45,680 nucleotides of DNA from Elusimicrobiota bacterium (GTDB lineage: Bacteria; Elusimicrobiota; Elusimicrobia; Elusimicrobiales; UBA9959), in the NCBI GenBank assembly GCA_037137395.1, contig JBAXKK010000010.1, positions 1 to 45,680 of the forward strand, read 5' to 3'. Shown one piece after another: positions 44,376-45,680 of this stretch (its first letter is position 1; every line of letters starts with the position of its first letter). Under the pieces are notes generated by a model. That model was not told the origin of the DNA. It saw only the letters and a list, made by a program, of their open reading frames with translations, and did not search any database. The position numbers and the translations under genes are program-made.

Positions 44376-44708
44376 ATGAAAAAAACAAGGACCTTGAAAC
44401 TAGCGCTGCTCGCCGCCGCCGGAGCCGTCTTCTTCCTCTTTGCGTGGGAGAACGTGCAGGCGACGAGGCTTGGTTATAGCATTGAAGGTCTCCGCAGGGA
44501 GATAAAGGACCTTGAAAACAGCAACAACTACCTTAAGAAAGAGATCCGCGCTTCGCTGGCTCCGGAAAAGCTTCAGGCCGAAGCTTTAAAAATCGGCCTT
44601 GTCTATCCTGAACCGGACGCGCTGGTCCTGATGGATGACGCCAGCGTAAATAAACCCTCGGCAGGCTGGCTGGCCAAACTTCTGCGCCTGGGAAGCTCTG
44701 AAATATAA
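44376..44708 (+). CDS. ftsL: Cell division protein FtsL
   Basis: Short basic tail, one TM, LGY + leucine-zipper coiled coil, L.PEKL...A..IGL.YP; position between rsmH and ftsI. Confidence 0.85.
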   Translation: MKKTRTLKLALLAAAGAVFFLFAWENVQATRLGYSIEGLRREIKDLENSNNYLKKEIRASLAPEKLQAEALKIGLVYPEPDALVLMDDASVNKPSAGWLAKLLRLGSSEI

Positions 44709-44872
44709 ACATTATACCGCGCGAAGCGCGCCGCGGGTTGGGCGAAGCGGCACAGACCTATGGCGGCGCCATATCAAGGGCTATACCCGTCAAACGGCCG
44801 ATTTAAACAGCGTATCCCGCAGGCTCCGCGAAAAGGAAAGCTGGCAACTGCAGCTTTTACCCCTTATCCCTA

Positions 44873-45680
44873 ATGACCGCAAAAACCTTGAGAACAAGAA
44901 TTCAGGCCTGCCTGTTTATCGCCGCTCTGCCGGCTATTCCTATAGCGCTTAGGCTGTTTTATCTCCAGACCATAAACCACGAGAATCTTTCCGCGACAGC
45001 CGGCCGCGAATTCAACAGGACGGTTTCCGAAACCGGACCCAGGGGCAGGATATTTGATTCCCAGGGAAATATTCTGGCGGAATCAATAATCACCTGGAAT
45101 TGCAGCCTGTTCAAGAAAGAGCTGGAAGATCCGCCCGGCGCGCTTTCAGCGCTGGCGTCGGCTCTGGCCATCCCCAAAAAAGACCTGCAGTCTAAATTCC
45201 GCAAAAGCAGAAATTTTGTCAGCGTAAAAAAGAACCTCGACCGCGCCCAGGCTGAGGCGGTAAAGGCCCTGAACCTGAAGGGAATTCTGCTCGAAGCCGG
45301 ACAAAGCCGCTATTATCCCTCCGGGGACCTCGCCAGGAATATCCTGGGGGTTGTGGGCTCGGACAAGGGCCTCACGGGAGTAGAAGCACTGTACGACAAG
45401 GTGCTCACAGGGCAGGTACTCCACAGGGAGGTGGTGCGTGATAACAGCGGCAAGATTATCTACAAGAACACATCGGAGGGCGAGGCCGCCCCGATGGATA
45501 TATACCTGACAATAGACAAGAATATACAGTTTTTCGCCCAGGAAGCCATCAAAAAGTATGCAGAAAAGAACCGCTCCGATCTCGCCATGGTGCTGGTCCA
45601 GGATCCCAATACCGGCCGCATCCTGGCCATGGCCACTTATCCCGAGGATCTTGAGAAGATAGAACCGGTGGAATGGGTGT
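44873..45680 (+). CDS. ftsI: Class B penicillin-binding protein (FtsI/PBP3-like), truncated at window end
   Basis: Manual translation MTAKTLRTRI..RLFYLQ..PRGRIFDSQGNILAES..RYYPSG.LA..ILG..GLTGVE..YDKVL.G..LTIDKNIQ..QDPNTGRILAMATYP; dcw position. Confidence 0.9.
   Translation, partial: MTAKTLRTRIQACLFIAALPAIPIALRLFYLQTINHENLSATAGREFNRTVSETGPRGRIFDSQGNILAESIITWNCSLFKKELEDPPGALSALASALAIPKKDLQSKFRKSRNFVSVKKNLDRAQAEAVKALNLKGILLEAGQSRYYPSGDLARNILGVVGSDKGLTGVEALYDKVLTGQVLHREVVRDNSGKIIYKNTSEGEAAPMDIYLTIDKNIQFFAQEAIKKYAEKNRSDLAMVLVQDPNTGRILAMATYPEDLEKIEPVEWV

Overview
45.7 kb of a GC-rich diderm bacterial chromosome (gmhA and an Omp85-type barrel are present). Gene content and order are compatible with Elusimicrobiota, but that placement is inference only. 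Left (1-13.8 kb, minus strand): a putative purine/N-heterocycle catabolic cluster encoding a cyclase-family hydrolase, three subunits of a xanthine-dehydrogenase-family Mo-hydroxylase, a nitrilase-family amidase, DUF2877, FdrA and DUF1116. The Mo-hydroxylase operon is split by a ~5 kb partly AT-rich islet with no integrase. The islet carries a small protein/nucleotidyltransferase pair, an ORF6N gene with a perfect internal palindrome and a degenerate copy upstream, a FlgO/CsgG-TPR gene interrupted by one in-frame TAA, hypothetical proteins and two large hairpin elements. Middle: rpsB-tsf-pyrH-gmhA-frr-uppS-cdsA-dxr-rseP-ispG-proS (minus), nadE and an Omp85-like gene (plus), and recO-glyQ-glyS plus a VIT1-like gene (minus). 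Right (plus): rpmH-rnpA-yidD-yidC-jag-mnmE-(membrane protein)-mnmG-rsmG, a peptidase MA-like gene, then the start of the dcw cluster mraZ-rsmH-(56-aa small ORF not in the ORF track)-ftsL-ftsI (partial). Many intergenic spacers carry degenerate 7- or 8-bp-period tandem repeats. No rRNA, tRNA, CRISPR array, transposase or integrase was found. All calls come from manual motif recognition; no database searches were run.
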